Assembly (NCBI GenBank): GCA_963843845.1
Contig: CAWJMB010000003.1
Span: forward strand, 1-64,000
Source: an uncultured Gemmatimonadaceae bacterium
GTDB taxonomy: Bacteria; Gemmatimonadota; Gemmatimonadetes; Gemmatimonadales; Gemmatimonadaceae
DNA length: 64,000 nucleotides
Direction: 5' to 3'
In this document: positions 1-7,605 of the stretch, piece by piece
Layout: each line of letters opens with the position of its first letter
Position numbering within the stretch: the stretch's first letter is position 1
The notes under the pieces: generated by a model
The model's input: the letters and a program-made list of their open reading frames with translations, nothing else
What the model was told of the DNA's origin: nothing
Database searches by the model: none
Translations under genes and position numbers: made by a program

Positions 1-144
1 CAGGACGAGGGCGCGCCACCATGCCCGCTGGGCGGCAACCGCCCCCGCGGTGTCCGCCGGCACAGGAGGGAGGCCCACAGTGGATGGAGCGGGTGCGAAG
101 CGGAGCGCGAGCGCCGCGACAACGGACGTAAGCATCTGGGGCAT
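1..144 (-). CDS. 5' part of a cassette gene (cassette 14), probably a secreted protein; truncated by the window edge
   Basis: ATG at 144 reads open to base 1: MPQMLTSVVAALALRFAPAPSTVGLPPVPADTAGAVAAQRAWWRALVL; begins just after attC 177-272. Confidence 0.55.
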   Translation of the reverse strand, partial: MPQMLTSVVAALALRFAPAPSTVGLPPVPADTAGAVAAQRAWWRALVL

Positions 145-176
145 AGGCGGGAAGGCAGCGATGGCGCGCGGGAGCC

Positions 177-272
177 GCCGAACGCCAGAGTTCACCTGCG
201 AAGCCGTGGGGCCGAAGGGTCGGATGACCTCGGAGTGCTGTGCGGCTTCGTCAGGCGCAACGATTGGTCGGC
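177..272 (-). repeat. attC: attC site (degenerate R'' box)
   Basis: GCCGAAC-gccaga-GTTCACCTGCGAA...TTCGTCAGGCGCAAC-gatt-GGTCGGC. Confidence 0.85.
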
Positions 273-297
273 GGCGGCACGATGGCGTCTGCGAGCG

Positions 298-630
298 CTA
301 CCCGAGCGCCAGGAACGCGGCGTCTTCGTGCTCCACGAACCGTGCGATCTGCTCCGCCCGCGCGTGCAGCAGCCGCACGACGTCCGCCGTGCCGCAGTTC
401 CCCAGCCGGATCCACACCACTTTCGGCGGCGGGTCGCGCAGCACGCTGAGGCGGTGGACGTCCTCGTCCTTCGTCACGAGCACGAACCCGCCCACCGCGG
501 CGTATTCCCAGACGCGCTCGTCTGGCACCCCGCCCAGCCCGACGTCGAGGACGTGCGCGGAGCCGGGATACACGCCCGCCGCGGCCGGCACGAGGCGCGC
601 CGAGAGCTTCTCGTCGACGAGGAGTCGCAC
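298..630 (-). CDS. DUF5615 PIN-like toxin (VapC45 type)
   Basis: MRLLVDEKLS...VLVTKDEDV...PPPKVVWIRLGN; downstream of a DUF433 gene. Confidence 0.88.
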   Translation of the reverse strand: MRLLVDEKLSARLVPAAAGVYPGSAHVLDVGLGGVPDERVWEYAAVGGFVLVTKDEDVHRLSVLRDPPPKVVWIRLGNCGTADVVRLLHARAEQIARFVEHEDAAFLALG

Positions 631-640
631 GCGCGGCCGC

Positions 641-868
641 TCAGGCCGCCGGCACGCTCATCAGGCGCCGCTCGCGCTCCGCCGCGAAGGCGAGGCACGC
701 GAGGATGTCCTCGTGCGTCAGGTGCGGGAAGTCGGCGAGGACGTCGGCCTCGGTCATCCCGGCGGCGAGGTACCCCAGCACGTCCCCCCCCATGATGCGC
801 GTCCCGCGCACGCACGGCTTCCCGAAGCGGACGGCGGGGTCGATCGAGATGCGGTCGTAGCCAACCAT
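641..868 (-). CDS. DUF433 antitoxin
   Basis: RISIDPAVRFGKPCVRGTRI...DFPHLTHEDILACLAFA signature. Confidence 0.93.
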   Translation of the reverse strand: MVGYDRISIDPAVRFGKPCVRGTRIMGGDVLGYLAAGMTEADVLADFPHLTHEDILACLAFAAERERRLMSVPAA

Positions 869-874
869 GCCGGG

Positions 875-903
875 AGCCTACGGGTACGCCGCCGGGTGGT
901 CAA
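875..903 (-). promoter_or_regulatory. sigma70-type promoter of the DUF433/DUF5615 cassette, probably leaderless
   Basis: Minus strand TTGACC-17 nt-TAGGCT, then 6 nt to the ATG. Confidence 0.7.
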
Positions 904-932
904 GGCGTGCGCGACAGCGACGCCGGTGAGCC

Positions 933-1030
933 GCCGAACGCCCAGCTCAAGCTTCGGAGCGGCGGGGTTGGAGCCCGGCCGCCGGCGCAGGACGCTGCGC
1001 CGCTCCGTCAGCTTCAAGCACTCGTTAGCC
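933..1030 (-). repeat. attC: attC site
   Basis: GCCGAAC...GCTCAAGCTTCGGA...TCCGTCAGCTTCAAGC...GTTAGCC. Confidence 0.9.
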
Positions 1031-1054
1031 AGCCAGCCGGTCGCGGGCGCGACG

Positions 1055-1306
1055 TCACCCGATCAGCGCGTCATACTCGGCGTGCGTGCCGATCCAGAAC
1101 CAGAGCACGCCGTCCTCGGCGTTCACGCCGAGCGCCCGGTAGTGCGCGCCGACGCGCACCGACCAGAAGCGACCCACGCGCTTGAAGTGGAGCGACGGGT
1201 GCCGCGGGTCCGCCGTGGGCCGCGCGTAGCACTCGTCCGCCAGCGCCCGCGCCGCGGCCGGCAGCGCGTCGTAGGCGCGCCAGAACCGCGGCGACGCGTG
1301 GTGCAC
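1055..1306 (-). CDS. ParE/RelE-like toxin
   Basis: HHASPRFWRAYDALP...DPRHPSLHFKRVGRFWSVRVGAHYRALG...WFWIGTHAEYD. Confidence 0.88.
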   Translation of the reverse strand: MHHASPRFWRAYDALPAAARALADECYARPTADPRHPSLHFKRVGRFWSVRVGAHYRALGVNAEDGVLWFWIGTHAEYDALIG

Positions 1307-1324
1307 GCGGCGGGCGGCACGAGG

Positions 1325-1525
1325 TCAGAGCGGGCGCGAGCGCCCCGCGGCGTGCTCGGCGAGCGCCTCGTCGGCGAACCGGTCCAGCAGCCCGGCGGCC
1401 GCGTCGGCGGCAAGCCGGCGGTCCCACGCCGCGGCGTCGAGCTCGGCGTACCACCGGCGGAACTCAGCCAGCTCGGCCTCCGAGAGCGCGGCGACGTCGC
1501 GCTCGAGCTTCTCGACGTTACTCAT
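1325..1525 (-). CDS. Putative antitoxin partner of the ParE-like toxin
   Basis: MSNVEKLERDVAALS...WDRRLAADAAAGLLDRFADEALAEHAAGRSRPL; small acidic protein upstream of the toxin. Confidence 0.8.
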   Translation of the reverse strand: MSNVEKLERDVAALSEAELAEFRRWYAELDAAAWDRRLAADAAAGLLDRFADEALAEHAAGRSRPL

Positions 1526-1646
1526 GCCATCATGATAGCGAGCGGCCGGCAGTCAGGCTAACGCCGGAGTTAAGCTGCGAAGGCGCGCGGTTGGAGCTGT
1601 GAATGCGGCTGGAGCGCTGCGCGGCTCTGTCAGCTTCAACGACTCG

Positions 1647-2547
1647 ATGTTTCCAGGGAGCCCGCGGCGAAGTGTTCGTGCGGGCACCTTCCTGGAGGCA
1701 CCATGCTGCATTCTGGCATCGACCTGCACAAGCGCACCGTCGCCTCGTGCGGCTGCGCACGACGATGCTCGCCGAACAGCACGCGCTGTTAGGCGCCCAG
1801 GCGAGGCAGCTCGCCGGCGCGCTCAACCCCTTGCGCATCCCGACGGCCGACGTCCAGCGCCTGCTCTGGATCCCGGGCATCGGGCGGCTCGTCGCGTTCA
1901 CGATCCTGCTCGAGGTCGACGGCATCGCGCGGATCCCCTCGGCCCCGACTTCGTCTCCTACTGCCTGCTCGTGCCCGGCGCCGGGAACTCGGGCGGAAGG
2001 ACCCGGCACAAGCGCACGAAGGACGGCACCAAGTACCTGAAGCTCGCCTTCAGCCACGCGGCCGTCCGCGCGGTCCAGTACTTCCCCGAGACCCGCGCGT
2101 TCTACCGGGCGCTCGCGCGCCGCAAGCCGCCGATCGTCGCGCGCGCGGTCGTCGCGAAGGACCTCGCGCGCATCGTGTCCTACGTGCTTGCGAAACAGGA
2201 GGACTTCAACGGCACGTTCAAAGGCAAACCGCTGAGTCGGACGAAGACGCCGAAGTGGCCACGGCTGGCGAGCCCGCCCAGCTGACTGGGGCCGTCCTCC
2301 CCGAGGACGTGCAGCCCCGTCGCATTTGATTGGGCCGCCGGCCGTCGTACGCCGCCGAACAACCTCTGGGACCGACCCCCGGGTCGTGAGCCCGCAATGG
2401 CGTATGGCCGCCACCGAGGCGAGACCGGCACGAGGCAGAAGCGCGCGTCGCCACGGGCACGTGTGTTAGGCACCTATTCACCGCGGGGACGGACACCACC
2501 GTCACCAGCCCGCACGCGCCCTCTTGCGCCGAAACTCTCTAATGGCG
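1647..2547 (+). mobile_element. Degenerate IS110/IS1111-family insertion sequence in attC
   Basis: Transposase remnants; CG dinucleotide at both junctions; ~260-nt 3' non-coding region. Confidence 0.8.
1703..2285 (+). pseudogene. IS110-family transposase, internally deleted and frameshifted
   Basis: GGAGG then MLHSGIDLHKRT (N-terminal DEDD motif); LLWIPGIGRLVAFTILLEV; FVSYCLLVP...NSGG...GTKYLKLAFSHAA, each in a different frame. Confidence 0.88.
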
Positions 2548-3165
2548 TCAGCCCGCTGGGACCGGGTCGACGTGGGCCGCCGGCCGGGCCTCCAACGCCG
2601 CGAGGGCCGCGTCGTAGCGTGCGAGCAGAACCTGCTCGTAACTCATGACCGTCTGCATGTACGCCCGCATGCGTCGCACGGTCGCGGGCATCGCGGCGTC
2701 CGAGAAGTCGAAGAGCGGGAGGTAGCCGGCCGTGAACCCGTCGAGCTTCGTCTGCAGCGTGTACGCCTCAGAGACCGCGCTGACCTGCGCGTAAGGCAAC
2801 GCGCCCAGGGCGCCGCTCGCGAGCGCACTCTGCCACGCCGTCGCGGTCAGGTCCGGCGGGCGGAACCCCGACCAGAACGGCACCCGCCCGCGCCACGCGG
2901 CGTAGCTGGCCACCCCGCCGGCGGAGTCGACGGCCAGAACCGCACGGGTGAGCGAGTCGTGGTACGCATAACCGGCCTGCACCCGCGCGTGGTTCGCGGC
3001 AAGCTCCCGCACGAAGCCTGCCCGGGCCTGCGTCGCCGTCTGCCGCTGCTTCCGGCCCTCCGCCCAGCCGCTCGCCGCGAGGGCGAGCAGCACGCTCAGG
3101 ACGATCATCCCCGACTCCAGTAGGAGCTCCGGGAGCGACTTCCGGATAAGGCGGCGAGCAGGCAT
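2548..3165 (-). CDS. Cassette-borne membrane-anchored hypothetical protein
   Basis: 205 aa; N-terminal TM segment (ELLLESGMIVLSVLLALAA); stop overlaps the R'' box. Confidence 0.8.
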   Translation of the reverse strand: MPARRLIRKSLPELLLESGMIVLSVLLALAASGWAEGRKQRQTATQARAGFVRELAANHARVQAGYAYHDSLTRAVLAVDSAGGVASYAAWRGRVPFWSGFRPPDLTATAWQSALASGALGALPYAQVSAVSEAYTLQTKLDGFTAGYLPLFDFSDAAMPATVRRMRAYMQTVMSYEQVLLARYDAALAALEARPAAHVDPVPAG

Positions 3166-3213
3166 GCGCGGCGGGGGCGGGTTCGGACGGTGCCGACTCG
3201 GCGGGTGGGGACG

Positions 3214-3309
3214 GGCGAACGCCTACGCTAAGCTGCGAAGGCGCACGCGTGATCGATGCGCCGGTGCGGAGCGCTGCGCGGCCGTGTCAGGTGCAACGCT
3301 TCGTTAGGC
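3214..3309 (-). repeat. attC: attC site
   Basis: GGCGAAC...GCTAAGCTGCGAA...GTCAGGTGCAAC...GTTAGGC. Confidence 0.9.
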
Positions 3310-3615
3310 CGCACCACACTGCCGGCGGACGTCGAGCCACCGCGCGAAGGAGCGCTGACTCTCGCCGGACCGGTGGCCGGCGAGCAGCCCGTCGACGCTG
3401 ATGTCCTCGTCGAGGTCGGGCCAGTGGATCCCCTCGCCCCGCCCGATCCACCGCCAGCGCCCGCGCTCGGCGGGCGACCCGTGCGCCAGCCGCGGGTACC
3501 ACACGAGCCGTACCGACACGGTGCGCCCGTCGTCGAGATCGACGACCAGCGCGTCCTCGGTGACCGCGACGCCGGTGCCGAGCACCCGCGGCCGCTCAAT
3601 CGCTGAAGTAGTCAT
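3304..3615 (-). CDS. DUF2442 domain protein (TA partner)
   Basis: VTEDALVVDLDDGRTVSVRLVWYPRL...GIHWPDLDEDISVDGLLAG. Confidence 0.92.
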   Translation of the reverse strand: MTTSAIERPRVLGTGVAVTEDALVVDLDDGRTVSVRLVWYPRLAHGSPAERGRWRWIGRGEGIHWPDLDEDISVDGLLAGHRSGESQRSFARWLDVRRQCGAA

Positions 3616-3832
3616 CCCACGCCCTCACGAGTTCGTCCCGGTGTGCCTCAACCATCGCCACGATCCGACTGAGCTCCGCCCCACGGAACCCACCGCTCTC
3701 CTGCAGCCGGACGGGCTCCAGCCAGACCTTCGCCCGGTAGCCCTCCCGCTCGACGTGCGCGTGGCGCGGCTCGTCGCGGTCACCGGCGTAGCAAACACGC
3801 GGTACGGGGCCGGCGCGCAGGACGGTGGGCAT
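3596..3832 (-). CDS. DUF4160 domain protein (TA partner)
   Basis: MPTVLRAG...EPRHAHVER...AKVWLEPVRL...LVRAWDDYF; overlaps the DUF2442 gene. Confidence 0.9.
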   Translation of the reverse strand: MPTVLRAGPVPRVCYAGDRDEPRHAHVEREGYRAKVWLEPVRLQESGGFRGAELSRIVAMVEAHRDELVRAWDDYFSD

Positions 3833-3925
3833 GCCGAAAGCTCTCGCCCGCGGGGTCGTTCAGCAACTCGGCCAGCAAGCCTCACGAGCAGCCTCGCCTC
3901 CGCCGATCGCTGAGGAGCGCCTGCG

Positions 3926-4022
3926 GCCTAACGCTCAGCTTCAGCTGCGAAGGCGCGGGCGTGATCTCGGCCGTCGGTGTCGAACGCTGCGCGCCTTCGT
4001 CAGCTGCAAGCGATCGTTAGGC
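3926..4022 (-). repeat. attC: attC site
   Basis: GCCTAAC...CTTCAGCTGCGAAGG...CCTTCGTCAGCTGCAAG...GTTAGGC. Confidence 0.93.
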
Positions 4023-4027
4023 GGCGA

Positions 4028-4321
4028 TCAGGCCGCGGTGCGGCGCCGGCGGACCTTGACCGTGACGTCGGCGCCCGCCTGCGCGAGCAGGTGCACCAGC
4101 GCGTCGATGCTGAACCGGTCGATCTTCCCGCGCAGCAGGTCCGACACGCGGGGCTGCGTCACCCCGAGCGCCCGCGCCGCCTCCGCCTGCGTCCACCCGC
4201 GCTCCCCGATCAGCTCCCCCAGCGCGACCATCAAGTCCGCCCGGACGCGGAGGTGTTCGGCCTCCTCCGGCGCGTAGCCGAGGGCCTCGAAGGCGGTCTG
4301 GGTGCGGCGGGCGGCGGGCAT
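4028..4321 (-). CDS. HigA-like XRE/HTH antitoxin
   Basis: FEALGYAPEEAEHLRVRADLM...WTQAEAARALGVTQPRVSDLLRGKIDRFSIDAL. Confidence 0.92.
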   Translation of the reverse strand: MPAARRTQTAFEALGYAPEEAEHLRVRADLMVALGELIGERGWTQAEAARALGVTQPRVSDLLRGKIDRFSIDALVHLLAQAGADVTVKVRRRRTAA

Positions 4322-4326
4322 GTCGG

Positions 4327-4665
4327 TCACCTCTGGGTTCGGCGCCGGCGCAGGACCTCGGCCAGGCGCCGCTGCGCGAGGTCCAGGTCCCGCTTCGCCG
4401 TGCGCTGGGACTTCTTCTCGCAGGCGTGCAGCACGTAGACCGCCTCGCCGAACTTGGCGACGTACAGCACGCGGAAGGCGCGCCCGGTCTGGACCCGGAT
4501 CTCGCGCACCCCGCCGCCGACCGCCGCCATCGGCTTCCAGTCGGTCGGCTCGAGCCCCCGCTGCAGCCGGTACAGCTCGCCCCCCCCCCGCTGCCGGGCG
4601 TCCTCGGGGAACGCCTTCAGATCGTCCAGGGCGGAGCCCGACCAGGCGAGGGGCTTGAGGGCCAC
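4327..4665 (-). CDS. RelE/HigB-like (Gp49/DUF891) toxin
   Basis: KPLAWSGSALDDLKAFP...DWKPM...GVREIRV...FRVLYVAKFGEAVYVLHACEKKSQRT. Confidence 0.92.
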   Translation of the reverse strand: MALKPLAWSGSALDDLKAFPEDARQRGGGELYRLQRGLEPTDWKPMAAVGGGVREIRVQTGRAFRVLYVAKFGEAVYVLHACEKKSQRTAKRDLDLAQRRLAEVLRRRRTQR

Positions 4666-4670
4666 ACCCG

Positions 4671-4699
4671 ACTATACACGTTCGTGTATACACGCGCAA
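4671..4699 (-). promoter_or_regulatory. Promoter with overlapping palindromic operator for the higBA-like cassette
   Basis: Minus strand TTGCGC-17 nt-TATAGT; perfect inverted repeat TATACACG-tt-CGTGTATA at 4673-4690. Confidence 0.75.
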
Positions 4700-4702
4700 G
4701 CC

Positions 4703-4799
4703 GCCTAACGCCTACGCTAAGCTGCGGAGGCGCACACGTGGTCTCGGCCGCCGGTGAGGAGCGCTGCGCGGCTTCGTCAGGTGCAACGATTCGTTATGC
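4703..4799 (-). repeat. attC: attC site
   Basis: GCCTAAC...GCTAAGCTGCGGA...TTCGTCAGGTGCAAC...GTTATGC. Confidence 0.93.
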
Positions 4800-4820
4800 C
4801 GCGGCGCGACCGCCGTCCCC

Positions 4821-5033
4821 TCACAGATCCTCGGGTCGCAGCCCGGTCTGCTTCGCGATGCGCGCGAGCATCCGCGGGCCCAGCTCCTCCCCGTCGTGGA
4901 ACGCGAACACGTAGTCCGCCCACCCCTCGCGCTCCAGCACCTTGTGCGAGCTCGCCTGGCGCTTGAGCCGCCAGCCGATGCCGAGCAGCGCGGCCAGCGC
5001 CCGCCGCGCCTTCACGGCCGGCCACGTGCCCAC
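4821..5033 (-). CDS. hicA: HicA-family toxin
   Basis: ALLGIGWRLKRQASSHKVL...FAFHDGEELGPRMLARIAKQTGL. Confidence 0.9.
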   Translation of the reverse strand: MGTWPAVKARRALAALLGIGWRLKRQASSHKVLEREGWADYVFAFHDGEELGPRMLARIAKQTGLRPEDL

Positions 5034-5042
5034 GGCCGGCGC

Positions 5043-5249
5043 TCAGGCCGCGCGGAAATCCAGCGGGAGCAGGTCCGGCGCCGGCTCGCCGTGCTCCAGG
5101 CGGTCCGCGAGCACCCGCAGCGCCAGCGCCTGCGCGCGCGCGACCGCCGCCTCGCGCGTCTCGCCGTAGGCGAGCACGCCGGGCAAGTCGAGGACGTCGG
5201 CGAGGAACCGGCCGTCGTCCTCGCGCTCGACTTCCAGGGTCAGGTACAC
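5043..5249 (-). CDS. hicB: Short HicB-family antitoxin
   Basis: EVEREDDGRFLADVLDLPGVLAYGETREAA. Confidence 0.9.
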   Translation of the reverse strand: MYLTLEVEREDDGRFLADVLDLPGVLAYGETREAAVARAQALALRVLADRLEHGEPAPDLLPLDFRAA

Positions 5250-5306
5250 GGGGCGCTGCTCCGGCGTGGAGGGAACTACCTCAATCTACCGCGGAGGCCG
5301 GCGGCG

Positions 5307-5402
5307 GCATAACGCCAGAGTTCACCTGCGAACGCGCAAGCGTGATCTCGGCCGCCGCGAGGGGCGTTGCGCGCCTCCGTCAGCTTCAGCGACACGTTAG
5401 AC
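5307..5402 (-). repeat. attC: attC site
   Basis: GCATAAC...GTTCACCTGCGAA...GTCAGCTTCAGC...GTTAGAC; GCATAAC complements GTTATGC at 4793. Confidence 0.92.
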
Positions 5403-5723
5403 GCCGACCACGCGGAGGTCGCCCGGCGCCGCCTCGGCGAGGGCGGCCGGGAGCTGCGGGACGAGCGGCACCAAGTACTCGAGTGCGTTCGAGTGGGCGC
5501 GCAGCAGCACGATCCGGAACGGGCGCCCACGGAGGTTCTGCTGGAACCGCAGGTTCTTGTCGACCGTCACGAGCGCGTCAAACGCCCCGTCCGGAATCCG
5601 ATCGAGGACGGGCCCGTCGTCGACGTCGGTCGTGCCGAAGTGACGCCGTACAGTGACGACGTCGTGCTCCGGGATGAAGCGGGCGAAGCGCTCGGGGACG
5701 CACGCGTCGAGGAGAATACGCAC
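5397..5723 (-). CDS. DUF5615 PIN-like toxin (second, divergent copy)
   Basis: GTG start; RILLDACVP...FDALVTVDKNLRFQQNL. Confidence 0.88.
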   Translation of the reverse strand: MRILLDACVPERFARFIPEHDVVTVRRHFGTTDVDDGPVLDRIPDGAFDALVTVDKNLRFQQNLRGRPFRIVLLRAHSNALEYLVPLVPQLPAALAEAAPGDLRVVGV

Positions 5724-5762
5724 GGCGCGGCAGAACGAGAGCGGCAACGGGTGTGCCGCGCG

Positions 5763-5993
5763 CTACGCGACCCGCGGCACCGCGTGGCTCAGGATCGCGT
5801 GCCGCGCGAGTTCGAGCACGGCGACCGCGTGCTCACGCGTCACGGACGGGAAATCCTCGAGGAACTCGGCCAGCGGGTGCCCGCCCTCGACGTAGTCCAG
5901 CAGCGCCTGGACCGGCACACGCGTCCCCGTGAAGCACGGCTCGCCGCCGAGGCGCTGCGGGTCAGACGAGATGAGGGGGCTCGGGAGCGTCAT
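5763..5993 (-). CDS. DUF433 antitoxin (second copy)
   Basis: ISSDPQRLGGEPCFTGTRVPVQALLDY...FLEDFPSVTREHA. Confidence 0.93.
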   Translation of the reverse strand: MTLPSPLISSDPQRLGGEPCFTGTRVPVQALLDYVEGGHPLAEFLEDFPSVTREHAVAVLELARHAILSHAVPRVA

Positions 5994-6042
5994 GGCACCG
6001 GGATGAGGGCTTACCTCAAACGTAAGGGATGCTCGTTCGTGC

Positions 6043-6138
6043 GTCTAACGCCCACGCTAAGCTGCGAAGGCGCACGCGTGATCGATGCGCCGGTGCGGAG
6101 CGCTGCGCCGCTTCGTCAGGTGCAACGATTCGTTAGGC
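6043..6138 (-). repeat. attC: attC site
   Basis: GTCTAAC...GCTAAGCTGCGAAG...CTTCGTCAGGTGCAAC...GTTAGGC. Confidence 0.93.
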
Positions 6139-6160
6139 GGCGCGGCGCGGCCTCCGCGGC

Positions 6161-6718
6161 TCAGCCGCCCGGCCGCGGCGCGCGGTCGTGGACGGTCGAT
6201 TCCTGGTGCTCGGGCGGCGGCGCGTCGGTGTTAGCGATGTCGACCGCCACACGCCACCGGCCGTCCCAGTCCCTCCGCCACACAGATAGCCACTTCCCGC
6301 GCTCGACCGTCGGCCGCCCGTCGGCCCCGGTCATTGCCGACTCGTAGGTGCCCTGCGTGAACCCCAGGTCGCCGGACGCCGAAACCACGACCCGCGTTGT
6401 CCGCGCCCCGTTCTCGAAGCCGGGGATGCCGAAGGTCTTTTCCCACTCCCGCCGGATCGCCTCCCGCCCCGCGACGGCTGGCTCGGCGATCGGGAGCAGA
6501 GTGGCGTCGGCCATGTAGAGGTCGGCGGTGCGCCCCGGATCCTTCGCCTCGACGGCCGCCTGCAGCGCCGAGTCGGCCGAGCGCAGCGCCGCCACCGCAC
6601 TCGCGCGGTCGCCGCGCGCCGCCTCGACGTTGGACTCCTTGCTTGGGCCCGCGCCGCACCCCCCGAGCGCCGGCAGCAGTAGCGTCAGCGCTATGGACGC
6701 CCGCAGGTGTCGCGACAT
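6161..6718 (-). CDS. NTF2/SnoaL-like (DUF4440) lipoprotein
   Basis: Lipobox LGGC; VSASGDLGFTQGTY...GKWLSVWRRDWDGRWRVAVDI. Confidence 0.85.
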   Translation of the reverse strand: MSRHLRASIALTLLLPALGGCGAGPSKESNVEAARGDRASAVAALRSADSALQAAVEAKDPGRTADLYMADATLLPIAEPAVAGREAIRREWEKTFGIPGFENGARTTRVVVSASGDLGFTQGTYESAMTGADGRPTVERGKWLSVWRRDWDGRWRVAVDIANTDAPPPEHQESTVHDRAPRPGG

Positions 6719-6759
6719 GGAGCACACCGAAGTTTGAGTGAGGAAGATGCCTAGGAGCC

Positions 6760-6855
6760 GCCTAACGCCAGAGTTCACCTGCGAACGCGCAAGCGTAATC
6801 TCGGCCGCCGTGAGGGGCGTTGCGCGCGTTCGTCAGGTGCAACGATTCGTTAGGC
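6760..6855 (-). repeat. attC: attC site
   Basis: GCCTAAC...GTTCACCTGCGAAC...GTTCGTCAGGTGCAAC...GTTAGGC. Confidence 0.94.
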
Positions 6856-6861
6856 CGCGGC

Positions 6862-7365
6862 TCAGCCGATCACGACGATGTCGAACCACGCCTGAAGTGC
6901 GACGAGCGCGGCGAGCATGCCGACCTGCGGCCAGGCGCGGCGGACCAGGCCGCGCGTCGCGCGCCGGTACAGGAGCCACCCGGCCAACACGACGCCGCCC
7001 TCGACGAGGAAGTCCGCCCCCGGATGCCGGAAGAGCCCGACCCCGACCTCCGGGCCGCCCGCCCACACCGCGAGCCGCGTCGTGACGTAGTCGAGGAGCA
7101 CGTGGGAGACGACCGTCCCGGCGATCAGCGCGCCCGCGAGCGCGTCGCGGGTCGCCCGCCACGCGGTCAGCCCGAGCACGGCCGCCGCGCCGGCGACCTG
7201 CAGCAGACCGTGCGAGTAGAGCGGGCCCGCCTCCGGCAGCCGCAGCACGCCGAGCGCCGCGAGCAGCAGGTCGCTGAGCAGCGCGGCGGCGACGAACCAC
7301 GCGAGGGCGACGCGCGGGCGAGCGCTCGAGGCGCCGAGCGCCACCCCGAAGTGGCCGGCGTACAC
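6862..7365 (-). CDS. Membrane-bound metal-dependent hydrolase-like protein
   Basis: MYAGHFGVALG, LYSHGL and SHVLLDY motifs; multiple TM segments. Confidence 0.78.
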   Translation of the reverse strand: MYAGHFGVALGASSARPRVALAWFVAAALLSDLLLAALGVLRLPEAGPLYSHGLLQVAGAAAVLGLTAWRATRDALAGALIAGTVVSHVLLDYVTTRLAVWAGGPEVGVGLFRHPGADFLVEGGVVLAGWLLYRRATRGLVRRAWPQVGMLAALVALQAWFDIVVIG

Positions 7366-7451
7366 TACCGCCGCCGCGCCAGCCGGTCGGCGAGCAGCAC
7401 CACGAGCGCCGGCACGGCGAGCGCGGCAAGGATGGTCCAGGGACTTTGCAC
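7365..7451 (-). CDS. Putative 28-aa single-TM peptide
   Basis: GTG start; QSPWTILAALAVPALVVLLADRLARRR; TAG overlaps the GTG of the next gene. Confidence 0.4.
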   Translation of the reverse strand: MQSPWTILAALAVPALVVLLADRLARRR

Positions 7452-7508
7452 GCGAGGTGGTCCAGAGGTGGTGAGTGCGACTCTACTCTGCGGAGGGGCT
7501 CGTTCGCG

Positions 7509-7605
7509 GCCTAACGCCCAGTTAAGCTGCGAAGGCCGCGGGGCTGGAGCCATGAGTGCGGTTGAAGCGATGCGCGACTTCGTCAGCTTCAACGATTCGT
7601 TAGGC
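7509..7605 (-). repeat. attC: attC site
   Basis: GCCTAAC-gccca-GTTAAGCTGCGAAG...CTTCGTCAGCTTCAAC-gattc-GTTAGGC. Confidence 0.95.

Larger units (their letters stand above)
1556..2553 (-). repeat. attC: attC site interrupted by an IS110-family element (left part 1556-1646, R'' box 2547-2553)
   Basis: GGCTAAC...GTTAAGCTGCGAA...TGTCAGCTTCAAC-gactcg stops abruptly; GTCAGCCCG at 2547 matches that cassette's 5' end (CGGGCGAAC, 3212-3220). Confidence 0.75.

Noticed and set aside
2465..2471. GTTAGGC as the right end of the interrupted attC
   Set aside because: The cassette's own 5' end (CGGGCGAAC) matches GTCAGCCCG at 2547 better, which also overlaps the stop and restores a CG core. The alternative end is not fully excluded.
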